Shown here piece after piece: positions 47,351-58,586 of a DNA stretch of 64,000 nt (its first letter is position 1; each line of letters starts with the position of its first letter). The notes beneath the pieces were generated by a model. It worked only from the letters and a program-made list of their open reading frames with translations. It did no database searches and had not been told where the DNA came from. The stretch covers positions 4,115,923-4,179,922 of the forward strand of contig NC_072878.1 of NCBI RefSeq assembly GCF_028858705.1, read 5' to 3'. Origin of the DNA: Grus americana. Its lineage: Eukaryota. The position numbers and the translations under genes are program-made.

Positions 47351-49376
47351 AGAAGGCAACCTCCGCCTGCCCTACCCAGGCTTTCAAACGCAGCACAGTT
47401 TCTGCCCAAAGCAGGATGCTACTTCATTTGTAACACCGCTAACAGATTTCTTCCTCGAGATGGGACGAGAGATACATCACGCGAACAACCAAGCCGCTGT
47501 TGGCAAGCACTGGAGCCTTTTTCTCCGTATTGTTTTTCACCGCCGTTTGCGTGAGAAGGAAAATCAAAGACAGAACAGGTGGAGATAGCCTTGGTGAAAA
47601 AATAAGATTCAGGCAACGTTCTCTTCTTGGTTTGGCGTCCCTTTTTTCTTTTCTTTTCCCCCTCTTCAGGATAAGAGTACAGGCCAAATAAATAAAGAAA
47701 ACTTAGACCCGTCTTCCAAGCATTTCAAGCTATTACAGGAAAAAAGCAATTTGAGGAAGACAACACAAGAACTGGCTACTACAACCCTTCTTTTCTACAA
47801 GACACTAAAGCGTAGACACGCTACACGCGTATAATTCATACGTTCTGCATAACTATATCCTTTCTATAGACACAAGTATGTGACTATATAGCATAATATC
47901 GACTGTCATACACATCTCTGTGTATAAGTATCTATGAAATCCAAACCTTTCCTCCTCCCCTGGCCAGGCACATCTTTCTCCTCAACATACCCCCCGGCTT
48001 GAGGAGAATTCATGAAATCCACAAGCAGTTATCGACAAGATCCCGCTACGACCTGTACCTAAGCAATGTTTCGGGGAGACTGCTACAAAATTCACAAAAA
48101 ACGCAGACAAAAAGCCACCAGTAAAGGAACATTGAAAGCACAATGTTCCCAAATCTGACAATTCTCTTTAGGAGATGAATCCTAAAGTTGGGCCCATCAG
48201 ATTATTGTTGAATAAGGTACCAAAACCGTTCTTGCCATCCATATCCAACTGCACCCAGTTCCTAAGTCTGCAGCCCTCAAGATCATGAATTGCAAGCGGT
48301 TGTTCCCACAGCGACCCTGTCACATTTACCCGGACGTGCTGGGGGTCGACACAAGATGAGGATCACGACCTGTGCCGGCACTTACCGCACCACGTGCGCT
48401 GGCGTGATCTGATGAACGCCAGAATTCCGTCTGCCGTCAGTCGGTGCAGCCGTCGTCCCACGGGATCCCTCGCTGTCTGCCCCCAGGAAACGCCGCTCGT
48501 CCTCAAGTACTCCCGACAGACTGCGCCCCGAAGCAGGGCATGATTTTTACTTCTGAATCGGGTAAGCACAGCATCGAAACAGAGCAAGGAAAATGCCTCA
48601 GTTAAATGTTTTCCATCCCTTTAACCACTCAACACGTACTAACCGCTCATATGTATCACACGCACCATGCGTGCCTGTACGTATGCCTGCGTACGTACGG
48701 GCGCCTGTGCCGGTAGGTACCTTACAGCACTACGTTTCCTTCCCCCCCATTTTCTAGTCCAGGAGCATCAAGCTCAATGTCAAGTTGCACGCATGCTACT
48801 AGTAAAGCGCCAGTTCACTTCAGATCATCGGGCATTATCTTAGCAGCCAAACTAACACTCACATCGCCACCGCGACCAGTCTCAAAAGTAACGGGACTAA
48901 CGTTCCCTGAAACTTACTGTCGAGTGCCAAAGCTGCCACGACCTGAGGTGGCACTACAAAGGGAATTCTCATATGCATCTCTCCTCTTGTCTGCCTACGT
49001 CACCCGCGAGCATCACCTTCTTGATGCAGTACTTACAACCTGCATGTTTTCAGCACAGCAACAAGCAGCACAGGCAACAGTGCCTCCCCCTCTTTCGGGG
49101 ACACGAAAAGTAACTGCAGCTTTCCCCACCCCCCCCTCCAGACACAAGCAGTTATTGACATTTTCCACCTCCTGGAACTGGAATCCAGTTGCTGTTGGGG
49201 GCGATGTCTGGTAACCCACGCCGATAAAACCCGTGCTGCTAGCTGCCGTGGGGATCGACCCGAGCAACCAAGCAGCAGTGCTGCGCCCAGATTCGGCACG
49301 TTCTCCCGTCACGGGAGCCACGTGCAAATACAGCTGCACCCTCCTTGCCGATAAAGGGGCAACAAGAAGTTCGCTT

Positions 49377-49463
49377 CCCAGGTCTCAGAGTAATTCTAGA
49401 GCTAAGCTGATAGTCTTCAGGTTTATGCTCAGCTAATACATGCCAACACCCATCACCGACCCA
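49377..49463 (-). ncRNA. SNORD45: SNORD45-like snoRNA, variant A, copy 3
   Basis: Identical to variant A copy 1. Confidence 0.8.
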
Positions 49464-50191
49464 GGGGAACGAACAGAGCGGCTCCCCTTTGCACGTCACG
49501 GGGGACTGCTGGGCAAGAGAGGAGCAGCTGGGGAGCACGCACCAAACCAACCCCACCTCTCCACAAGGCACTGAGGGTTGTCGCTCTTAATAAAAGCACG
49601 GCGGTGCTTTCGTAAGGCCTTACTCACTCGGTCACCTTTCCTTGTCCCAGGCGAAACTCCGGGAGAAACACGCGGCCCGTACGGCAACGTGCTCGGGGCA
49701 TCAGGGTTTCTTATCGCATCCTTTCGCAGCGTCGCGTTGCACCGCACCGGGAGAACCTTGGGGCTCTTACTCCTACAACGCAGGGAGGAGGGAATGAAAT
49801 AAATACTCTTCAATGACAAGGAAAAATACATTCAAGTCATCCTCGACAACAGGCGACAAAACACTCAAGCCCAGGTTTCACGCTGAACAACAAGAGCGAT
49901 TAACCACAGAGTTCCTCGGCACTGCTGCCTTTTCCAGCCCGCGGATAGTTTCCTCGCTCACTGACAAAGCGCGCGTTACAACTCCAGCCATCCGTGTGTT
50001 GACTGCGCATCAAAGCGAACAACTCCTTTTCAGCTGCTGTGCAGTCAGATATACATCCAAAAAACCTCAACCAGCGTAACCTGCAGACAGCCGTGTAGTT
50101 GGGAACTGCCCTGGAGAGCTGCAGAGCCGCGGACCCTCAGAAATACTGGGGGAAATGCTCAGAAATACAGTGGAAAGAAACTGGAGTTGCC

Positions 50192-50278
50192 TGGGTCTCA
50201 GAATAATTCTAGAGCTAAAGTGGTGACAGACATCAGCTTTACATCAGGTAATACATGCCAACACTCATCACTGACCCA
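50192..50278 (-). ncRNA. SNORD45: SNORD45-like snoRNA, variant B, copy 4
   Basis: Identical to copy 1. Confidence 0.85.
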
Positions 50279-52309
50279 AGAAGGCAACCTCCGCCTGCCC
50301 TACCCAGGCTTTCAAACGCAGCACAGTTTCTGCCCAAAGCAGGATGCTACTTCATTTGTAACACCGCTAACAGATTTCTTCCTCGAGATGGGACGAGAGA
50401 TACATCACGCGAACAACCAAGCCGCTGTTGGCAAGCACTGGAGCCTTTTTCTCCGTATTGTTTTTCACCGCCGTTTGCGTGAGAAGGAAAATCAAAGACA
50501 GAACAGGTGGAGATAGCCTTGGTGAAAAAATAAGATTCAGGCAACGTTCTCTTCTTGGTTTGGCGTCCCTTTTTTCTTTTCTTTTCCCCCTCTTCAGGAT
50601 AAGAGTACAGGCCAAATAAATAAAGAAAACTTAGACCCGTCTTCCGAGCATTTCAAGCTATTACAGGAAAAAAGCAATTTGAGGAAGACAACACAAGAAC
50701 TGGCTACTACAACCCTTCTTTTCTACAAGACACTAAAGCGTAGACACGCTACACGCGTATAATTCATACGTTCTGCATAACTATATCCTTTCTATAGACA
50801 CCACACAAGTATGTGACTATATAGCATAATATCGACTGTCATACACATCTCTGTGTATAAGTATCTATGAAATCCAAACCTTTCCTCCTCCCCTGGCCAG
50901 GCACATCTTTCTCCTCAACATACCCCCCCGCTTGAGGAGAATTCATGAAATCCACAAGCAGTTATCGACAAGATCCCGCTACGACCTGTACCTAAGCAAT
51001 GTTTCGGGGAGACTGCTACAAAATTCACAAAAAACGCAGACAAAAAGCCACCAGTAAAGGAACATTGAAAGCACAATGTTCCCAAATCTGACAATTCTCT
51101 TCAGGAGATGAATCCTAAAGTTGGGCCCATCAGATTATTGTTGAATAAGGTACCAAAACCGTTCTTGCCATCCATATCCAACTGCACCCAGTTCCTAAGT
51201 CTGCAGTCCTCAAGATCATGAATTGCAAGCGGTTGTTCCCACAGCGACCCTGTCACATTTACCCGGACGTGCTGGGGGTCGACACAAGATGAGGATCACG
51301 ACCTGTGCCGGCACTTACCGCACCACGTGCGCTGGCGTGATCTGATGAACGCCAGAATTCCGTCTGCCGTCAGTCGGTGCAGCCGTCGTCCCACGGGATC
51401 CCTCGCTGTCTGCCCCCAGGAAACGCCGCTCGTCCTCAAGTACTCCCGACAGACTGCGCCCCGAAGCAGGGCATGATTTTTACTTCTGAATCGGGTAAGC
51501 ACAGCATCGAAACAGAGCAAGGAAAATGCCTCAGTTAAATGTTTTCCATCCCTTTAACCACTCAACACGTACTAACCGCTCATATGTATCACACGCACCA
51601 TGCGTGCCTGTACGTATGCCTGCGTACGTACGGGCGCCTGTGCCGGTAGGTACCTTACAGCACTACGTTTCCTTCCCCCCCATTTTCTAGTCCAGGAGCA
51701 TCAAGCTCAATGTCAAGTTGCACGCATGCTACTAGTAAAGCGCCAGTTCACTTCAGATCATCGGGCATTATCTTAGCAGCCAAACTAACACTCACATCGC
51801 CACCGCGACCAGTCTCAAAAGTAACGGGACTAACGTTCCCTGAAACTTACTGTCGAGTGCCAAAGCTGCCACGACCTGAGGTGGCACTACAAAGGGAATT
51901 CTCATATGCATCTCTCCTCTTGTCTGCCTACGTCACCCGCGAGCATCACCTTCTTGATGCAGTACTTACAACCTGCATGTTTTCAGCACAGCAACAAGCA
52001 GCACAGGCAACAGTGCCTCCCCCTCTTTCGGGGACACGAAAAGTAACTGCAGCTTTCCCCACCCCCCCCTCCAGACACAAGCAGTTATTGACATTTTCCA
52101 CCTCCTGGAACTGGAATCCAGTTGCTGTTGGGGGCGATGTCTGGTAACCCACGCCGATAAAACCCGTGCTGCTAGCTGCCGTGGGGATCGACCCGAGCAA
52201 CCAAGCAGCAGTGCTGCGCCCAGATTCGGCACGTTCTCCCGTCACGGGAGCCACGTGCAAATACAGCTGCACCCTCCTTGCCGATAAAGGGGCAACAAGA
52301 AGTTCGCTT

Positions 52310-52396
52310 CCCAGGTCTCAGAGTAATTCTAGAGCTAAGCTGATAGTCTTCAGGTTTATGCTCAGCTAATACATGCCAACACCCATCACCGACCCA
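52310..52396 (-). ncRNA. SNORD45: SNORD45-like snoRNA, variant A, copy 4
   Basis: Identical to variant A copy 1. Confidence 0.8.
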
Positions 52397-53116
52397 GGGG
52401 AACGAACAGAGCGGCTCCCCTTTGCACGTCACGGGGGACTGCTGGGCAAGAGAGGAGCAGCTGGGGAGCACGCACCAAACCAACCCCACCTCTCCACAAG
52501 GCACTGAGGGTTGTCGCTCTTAATAAAAGCACGGCGGTGCTTTCGTAAGGCCTTACTCACTCGGTCACCTTTCCGTGTCCCGGGCGAAACTCCGGGAGAA
52601 ACACGCGGCCCGTACGGCAACGTGCTCGGGGCATCAGGGTTTCTTATCGCATCCTTTCGCAGCGTCGCGTTGCACCGCACCGGGAGAACCTTGGAGCTCT
52701 TACTCCTACAACGCAGGGAGGAGGGAATGAAATAAATACTCTTCAATGACAAGGAAAAATACATTCAAGTCATCCTCGACAACAGGCGACAAAACACTCA
52801 AGCCCAGGTTTCACGCTGAACAACAAGAGCGATTAACCACACAGTTCCTCGGCACTGCTGCCTTTTCCAGCCCGCGGATAGTTTCCTCGCTCACTGACAA
52901 AGCACGCGTTACAACTCCAGCCATCCGTGTGTTGACTGCGCATCAAAGCGAACAACTCCTTTTCAGCTGCTGTGCAGTCAGATATACATCCAAAAAACCT
53001 CAACCAGCGTAACCTGCAGACAGCCGTGTAGTTGGGAACTGCCCTGGAGAGCCGCGGACCCTCAGAAATACTGGGGGAAATGCTCAGAAATACAGTGGAA
53101 AGAAACTGGAGTTGCC

Positions 53117-53203
53117 TGGGTCTCAGAATAATTCTAGAGCTAAAGTGGTGACAGACATCAGCTTTACATCAGGTAATACATGCCAACACTCATCACTGAC
53201 CCA
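53117..53203 (-). ncRNA. SNORD45: SNORD45-like snoRNA, variant B, copy 5
   Basis: Identical to copy 1. Confidence 0.85.
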
Positions 53204-53861
53204 AGAAGGCAACCTCCGCCTGCCCTACCCAAGGCTTTCAAATGCAGCACAGTTTCTGCCCAAAGCAGGATGCTACTTCATTTGTAACACCGCTAACAGA
53301 TTTCTTCCTCGAGATGGGACGAGAGATACATCACGCGAACAACCAAGCCGCTGTTGGCAAGCACTGGAGCCTTTTTCTCCGTATTGTTTTTCACCGCCGT
53401 TTGCGTGAGAAGGAAAATCAAAGACAGAACAGGTGGAGATAGCCTTGGTGAAAAAATAAGATTCAGGCAACGTTCTCTTCTTGGTTTGGCGTCCCTTTTT
53501 TCTTTTCTTTTCCCCCTCTTCAGGATAAGAGTACAGGCCAAATAAATAAAGAAAACTTAGACCCGTCTTCCGAGCATTTCAAGTTATTACAGGAAAAAAG
53601 CAATTTGAGGAAGACAACACAAGAACTGGCTACTACAACCCTTCTTTTCTTTTGTACAGGACACTAAAGCATAGACACATTATGCAGGTATAATTGATAC
53701 ATCCTGCATAACTATATCGTTTATATAAACATTATGCAAGTATGTAATTATATATTATAATAATTAAAGCTAAAAACTTATGTTTAATTACTAAGTGATT
53801 GCATTTTATAATATACAGTAATAGCTATTGGGCCGTATAAGTACCTGAAAAAGCCACTCAC

Positions 53862-53969
53862 TCGGTCACCCTTCTTTGTCCCAGGCGAAGTTTCTGGAGA
53901 AACACGCCGCCAGTATGGCAACGTGCTCGGGGCATCAGGGTTTCTTATCGCCTCCTTCCGCGGTGTCAC
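53862..53969 (-). pseudogene. RABGGTB: Ancestral (single-copy) RABGGTB exon-2-like exon with intact acceptor ttttcacag|GTG and donor CGA|gtgagt
   Basis: VTPRKEAIRNPDAPSTLPYWRRVSPETSPGTKKGDR, 36 codons in frame, adjacent to the CpG island. Only about 40% identical to human RABGGTB residues 3-38, so coding constraint appears relaxed. Confidence 0.55.
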
Positions 53970-53999
53970 CTGTGAAAAACACCATCAAAACGTCAGTTT

Positions 54000-54850
54000 T
54001 GGCGTCAGCCGTGGGGGTTGCCGTGCCCGGGGTTCATTAGGGGAGCTCAGCAGCCGTCACTGCCCGTTCGGACTCGGAGCTTTCTCCGCCCGTCCTGACC
54101 CTGGGGCACATTTCCTTCCCGGCCCGGCTGACCGCCCCCCCCTCCGCCCAGGGAAGTGCGCGAAGGGATGCGCCCAGCGAGGCTGAGGTGAGCCACCATC
54201 TCCCCGCGGCCGCCCCGACCGTCGGGAGACCGTAACCCGCCCAGGGACCCGCGATCCCCCCACCGCCGCCAGCCTCGACCTAGGCCAGCTCAGCCGCACT
54301 GTCGCGTCCGTCACACCGCTATATCTGGAGCGACCGGGCCCGCAGCCCCCGCGCCGCCCCCAGCTGCCGAGGCACCGGCCCCGAGCTGGGCCCTTCCCCC
54401 ACCATGCGGCAGCAGCACCCGCCCCCGCCGCCGCCCGCGCCGGAAAGAGCGTCCCGCCGCGGGGCGGAGCTAGATGGGTCTCCCGGCAGGACCCCGCTGT
54501 AGCTGCCTCGCCGTTCGCCTGACCCGCGCTGGCGGACTGAGGCGGCGGCGCCTGGGGCGGGCAGGACGCGGCGGTCAGGCGTTCGCCCCGCGGTGGGAAG
54601 GTCCCGCCCGGAAGCGGGGTGTCCATGGCGACCGGCGCGGCTCTGAGGAGAGGTCGTTCCCGGTGCTCTGCCCCGGGGCGGGGGAGGGCAGCTGCTCTTC
54701 CCTGCGGAAATAAACTCCTTTCCTCCCTCTTTAAAACCGATTCCTCTGAGCGCGCTGTGAATTGCCAACGCTGGACTCTGGCAGCCGCTAGCCGTGTCGG
54801 GCGGGAACACCATTTGAAGACTATACAATAAAAAAAATATGTATAATGCT
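54000..54850. promoter_or_regulatory. CpG island, likely bidirectional promoter (minus-strand RABGGTB-derived snoRNA host transcript; plus-strand spliced transcript)
   Basis: Extremely CpG/GC-rich with no long coding frame that makes sense. The RABGGTB-like exon 2 lies 40 bp to its left on the minus strand. A plus-strand splice donor (aca|gtaagt) sits at its right edge (54873). Confidence 0.55.
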
Positions 54851-54872
54851 GGCTGGCATAGAGCAATTGACA
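54790..54872 (+). other. Candidate exon 1 of a plus-strand divergent transcript (possible start ATGTATAATGCTGGCTGGCATAGAGCAATTGACA|gtaagt)
   Basis: Consensus donor GTAAGT at 54873. The reading frame joins exon 2 in-frame (MYNAGWHRAID-S-KYDGGSQLL...) but no recognisable homolog. Could be a lncRNA. Confidence 0.3.
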
Positions 54873-55047
54873 GTAAGTCTTCCCCCCCCCCCCCGATATT
54901 TTGGAGGGTATGGGGGAGGGGTTTAGGGGTTATGGGGGTGTTGGGTTTTTTGAGGAGTTTTGATGGGGGGTGTTGGAGGGTTTGGGTTTGTTTTTTTTAA
55001 TACAGCAAATACTTGTCTAGCATGTCATGTTATTGATCTTCCCACAG

Positions 55048-55174
55048 GTAAATATGATGGTGGTTCACAGCTGTTAAGCACTTTATTAAGCAATGGAAAC
55101 TTCATACCTGGTGACAGGATTCGCACCATCCAGCACTATGTTCAGAGGGATTGTGGTGAAGCAAGGGTGTTTTG
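55048..55174 (+). other. Candidate exon 2 of the plus-strand transcript (strong acceptor tgatcttcccacag|G and donor TTTTG|gtgagt)
   Basis: Open frame KYDGGSQLLSTLLSNGNFIPGDRIRTIQHYVQRDCGEARVFW across the whole exon. No identifiable family. Confidence 0.35.
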
Positions 55175-55194
55175 GTGAGTACCTGAAGTGAATT

Positions 55195-55745
55195 CACAGA
55201 AGGGTTCAGGTGGGAAGGAACCACTGGAGATCATCTAGTCAACTCCCCCTGCTCCAGCAGGGCCACGTCTAGTTGGGTTTTGACTGTCTACAAGGATGGA
55301 GACTCCACAACCTATCTGGGCAACCTGTGCGAGTTTTTTTACACACCCTCACAATAAAAAAAAAAAAGTTTGTTTTCTTGTATTCAGGTGGGATTTTATG
55401 TGTTTTCATTTGTGCCCATTGCCCTGCCAGTGGGCACTACTGAGGAGTGCCTGGCTCCCTCCCCTTCCTTCCATCCCACCAGGTGTTCATGCACATTGAT
55501 AAGATCCCCCTGAGCCTTCAACAGGCTGGACAGTCCCACCTCTCTCAGCCTCATGCTCCAGACCATTCATCATCATCGTGGCCTGCCCCTGGACTCTCTC
55601 CAGGATGTCCATGCCTTGGATATGGGGATCCCAGCACTGGACACAGCACTCCAGGTGCAGCCTCACCAGTGCCGAGCGATTGGGAAACGTACTGGGAAAG
55701 GTATGTTCTGCCAGCACTGAAGGGCCTATCCCAATTAAAAAAAAA
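55195..55745 (-). mobile_element. CR1 fragment (RT C-terminus/3' UTR)
   Basis: Minus ORF ALVRLHLECCVQCWDPHIQGMDILERVQGQATMMMNGLEHEAERGG, like the CR1 LVRPHLEYC...LLERVQRRA...GLEHL motif. CR1 tail ggaaggaaccactggagatcatctagtcaactcc at 55200. Confidence 0.7.
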
Positions 55746-58042
55746 AAATCTCACAGAAATTCTTCCTTCTCAGCTGTTCTTGCTGCAAATGTAGTCAAGT
55801 GTATGTACTGATGGAAAGGTTTAGACTAGATTTGAAATAAACGTGATGCTGTAAGACATTCTTAGTGGAAAAACCACACACTTTCACTTGAATCACCCTA
55901 ATTGAAGGTTTACTTGCTTAGGGAGTAAGCGGTGAAAGGGCGCCATGCTCTCTGAAGCTGATGATAGTGTGTTACTGCTGGATAGCATCTCAAGACACTC
56001 TTGCAGACAACAGCAACACAGGCCTCAGTGCTGCTGAGCTGCAAGGGCTGTTCAGCTGCGGTGGGCTGTAGTGTAGTGAGAACTGCAGTATGGCTGTAAC
56101 ATACTTCAGACACTGGACAACTTCCCTGAGCTACAATTTAAATGATGTGACAAGCAAAGTGAACAAAAGAACCACACCTCTCTGCTTATAAACTTGTATT
56201 TTTTTATTAGAATGCAGCAATGCCTGTCAGAAATAGTATTTTGATCCTCTAATTTTACAGTGAAAAAACATAGTGTTGCGAGGTTCTCATTTGTTGCCCC
56301 TTATTGTATTTGTTATAATTCAAAATAAGGCAGTTTCCTACAGGTTCTTTCACATGGGATCAGTTAAAATGGAAATGTTTAAAATTGAATTATCGTATTT
56401 ATTTTTTCCCCACTGTGATGGAAACACATATTTCAGCTGTATTACTCAAGTGCTGTACTTAACATTCACCCATAAAGAAGAAGTCTTACTTAAGGTACAA
56501 GAAAACAAGTATTTTCTTCATAAACATTACAGGTTTCTTTGAGGCACAGAGATGAATACATTGAATGACAATTTCTGTCTTTGTTGAATTCAGGTGAATA
56601 AGATGGTGAAGTCACTGAAAAGAAGGCCAATGAAAACAAAAACTAGTTTTTGTTCATACTGACTCATGGATGCATATAAAATAGAGATAATGTGCAATCA
56701 GTAATGCAGCCACCGTTTGAAAAATAACACCTGTGTAGTAATTTAAGAGAATGTATGTTTTTGACAGGTCCAGAAGTCAGCACGTATTCACTTTCCATTT
56801 TTTTAAAAGTTGCAAGTTTTCTAAAGGCCAGTGTTATCATATTTATTTTAGCAAGTGGTGACCTAAAAACCATGTGCTGCAAAATGGTATTGCTGAGGAA
56901 GCGGAACAGCTTATTTAAATTTCCCTGAGATTTATTAATTTGATATCCACCCAACTCCAGTGCTAAAACAGTGGGTGCAAATGTGTCACTATAACCAATA
57001 CAGAAACACCTAAAATCCAATTTGTTGTTACATGCTGAATGCCTTCACAGACACACACACAAATATCTGAGTTTTATTCACTTTTTTGATCATATAAATT
57101 TTAAATTTTTCTCCCACCAAAAGTCAAAGGTTTCAGTGAAAGAGATTGAGTGGGGAAAGATGCCAAACTATCACTTTGGAATTCAGAAATGTTTAGAAAA
57201 CACCAAGTTTGTTAGTCAGAAAGAATGAAGTGAGAGAATGGATGGGGAGTACAGAATAGTGCTTAATCATGTACACAGTAAAAAGATTTGAAGGAAAAGA
57301 GTTTTTTCCACGTCTTTCTAATTGAGAAACACACTGAAAATCCTCTTCTATGAGAGCACAGAACACTACAGCAGCAGCCAGATATGCTTGATACATATCC
57401 TTAAGCCTTATATTTGCCAACATGTTCACGAGCTATGATCATCCTTTGAATCTGAGCAGTTCCCTCATAAATCTGAAAAGAAGAATTGCAATAATGTTAA
57501 CTGATAATTTTTTAAAACATTTTAGCAGGTCTTTCTACGCTTGTAAACCTTCACAGCACTTATCTAGTGTGGATTAGGATGTGTAGAAAGAAAAAACTGA
57601 AAAAAATTCTAGTGCAACTCGAGTAACTACAGTGGGCTAAATGCAATAAATCCTTATACGAGATACTGAGAGACAGGCTTGTTCTCTCAGATGCTTTTAT
57701 CAAAACTCAGTAAGGTTCTCATGAAATTAAGAGTGAGGAAGGATGGGGAAAATGGGGGAGAAAATACATATTTTAGGTTTTACAAAGAAGGTTATAAAAC
57801 AGTGGGTTGAGGGGAAGAAGTGACCTGTGCTGAAAGTGTCGTATTTTCTTTGACTAGCCTTTCAAGGCTGTAGCAAGTGTACCCTTTCATGCAGTTATCC
57901 AGTTATTCCCACTGCTCCTTAACTCTTTCTCTCTTGAACACAGTATTTTATTTTTTTTTTAAACTATGTATTCTTGCATTTTCCTCTAGAAACAGTCTGC
58001 ATCTTCCCTCTGGTTTTTTTTGGCTTGCTGGCAAAGTCAGAT

Positions 58043-58586
58043 TGTATTGGGTCTGGCTGAGATGGAGTTAAGTCTCCCCACAGCAGCCCTCATGGTGCTG
58101 TGCTGTGTATTCGTAGCTAGCAAAGTGTTGATAACACACCAGTGTTTTGGCTACGACTGAGCAGTGCCAGCACACATCAAGGCCGTCTCTCCAACATTTC
58201 TTTCCCCCCCTGCCCAGCAGCAGGCTGGGGGTAGGCAAGATCTTGGGAGGGGACACAGCCAGGACAGCTGACCCAAACTGACCAAAGGGATATTCCATTT
58301 ACAATGTTTGTCTTCCGCAGTAAGGGGTACGCTTACTGAAGCCCTACTTCCCAGGAAGTGGCTGGACATCGCCTGCTGATGGGAAGTAGAGAATAATCTT
58401 TTGCTTTTTGCTTTGCTTCTGCGCGCGGCTTTTTGCTTTAGCTACATTAAACTGCCTTTATCTTGACCCACGAGTTTGGGGTTGGTTTTCCATCTTAGTT
58501 TCTCTCCTCCCTGCCTTGCTGAGGAGGGGAGTGATAGAGTGGCTTGGTGGACACTTGGCTTCCAGCCAAGGGTAAACCACCACACA
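58043..58586 (+). mobile_element. Solo LTR-like fragment (3' part related to the LTR family at 21200-21400)
   Basis: ...ctgcctttatcttgacccacgagtttggggttggttttccatcttagtttctctcctccctgccttgctgaggaggggagtgatagagtggcttggtggacacttggcttccagccaagggtaaaccaccaca parallels gttttgcccatgacggtaactggtg...cttatctcgacccacaagccttacgttatattttctctcccctgtccagttgag. Confidence 0.5.

Larger units (their letters stand above)
40930..53720. repeat. Tandem macrosatellite-like array: about 2926-bp unit x about 4.4 copies, >99% identical. The unit is exon2-like / SNORD45-like A / exon3-like / SNORD45-like B of the RABGGTB-derived locus (minus strand)
   Basis: Identical six-frame ORF sets recur at +2926 (e.g. plus-strand ORFs at 41044, 43970, 46893, 49813, 52746; minus-strand ORFs at 42520, 45445, 48363, 51296). 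The right edge grades into a more divergent single-copy version at 53550-53970. The first unit carries an about 485-bp deletion. Units differ by a few indels (e.g. a 2-bp deletion at 46988, a 7-bp insertion at 50125). Confidence 0.95.

Noticed and set aside
40930-53720. Tandem array with regularly spaced near-identical repeats, superficially CRISPR-like or coding (many recurring 60-145-aa ORFs on both strands, e.g. 145-aa ORF at 42934-43371 recurring every 2926 bp)
   Set aside because: The period is 2.9 kb, not tens of bp. The host is a vertebrate genome. The recurring ORFs have no homologs, overlap each other on both strands, and simply reflect repetition of the same non-coding sequence. The only credible functional content is the intronic C/D snoRNAs and the exon-derived fragments.
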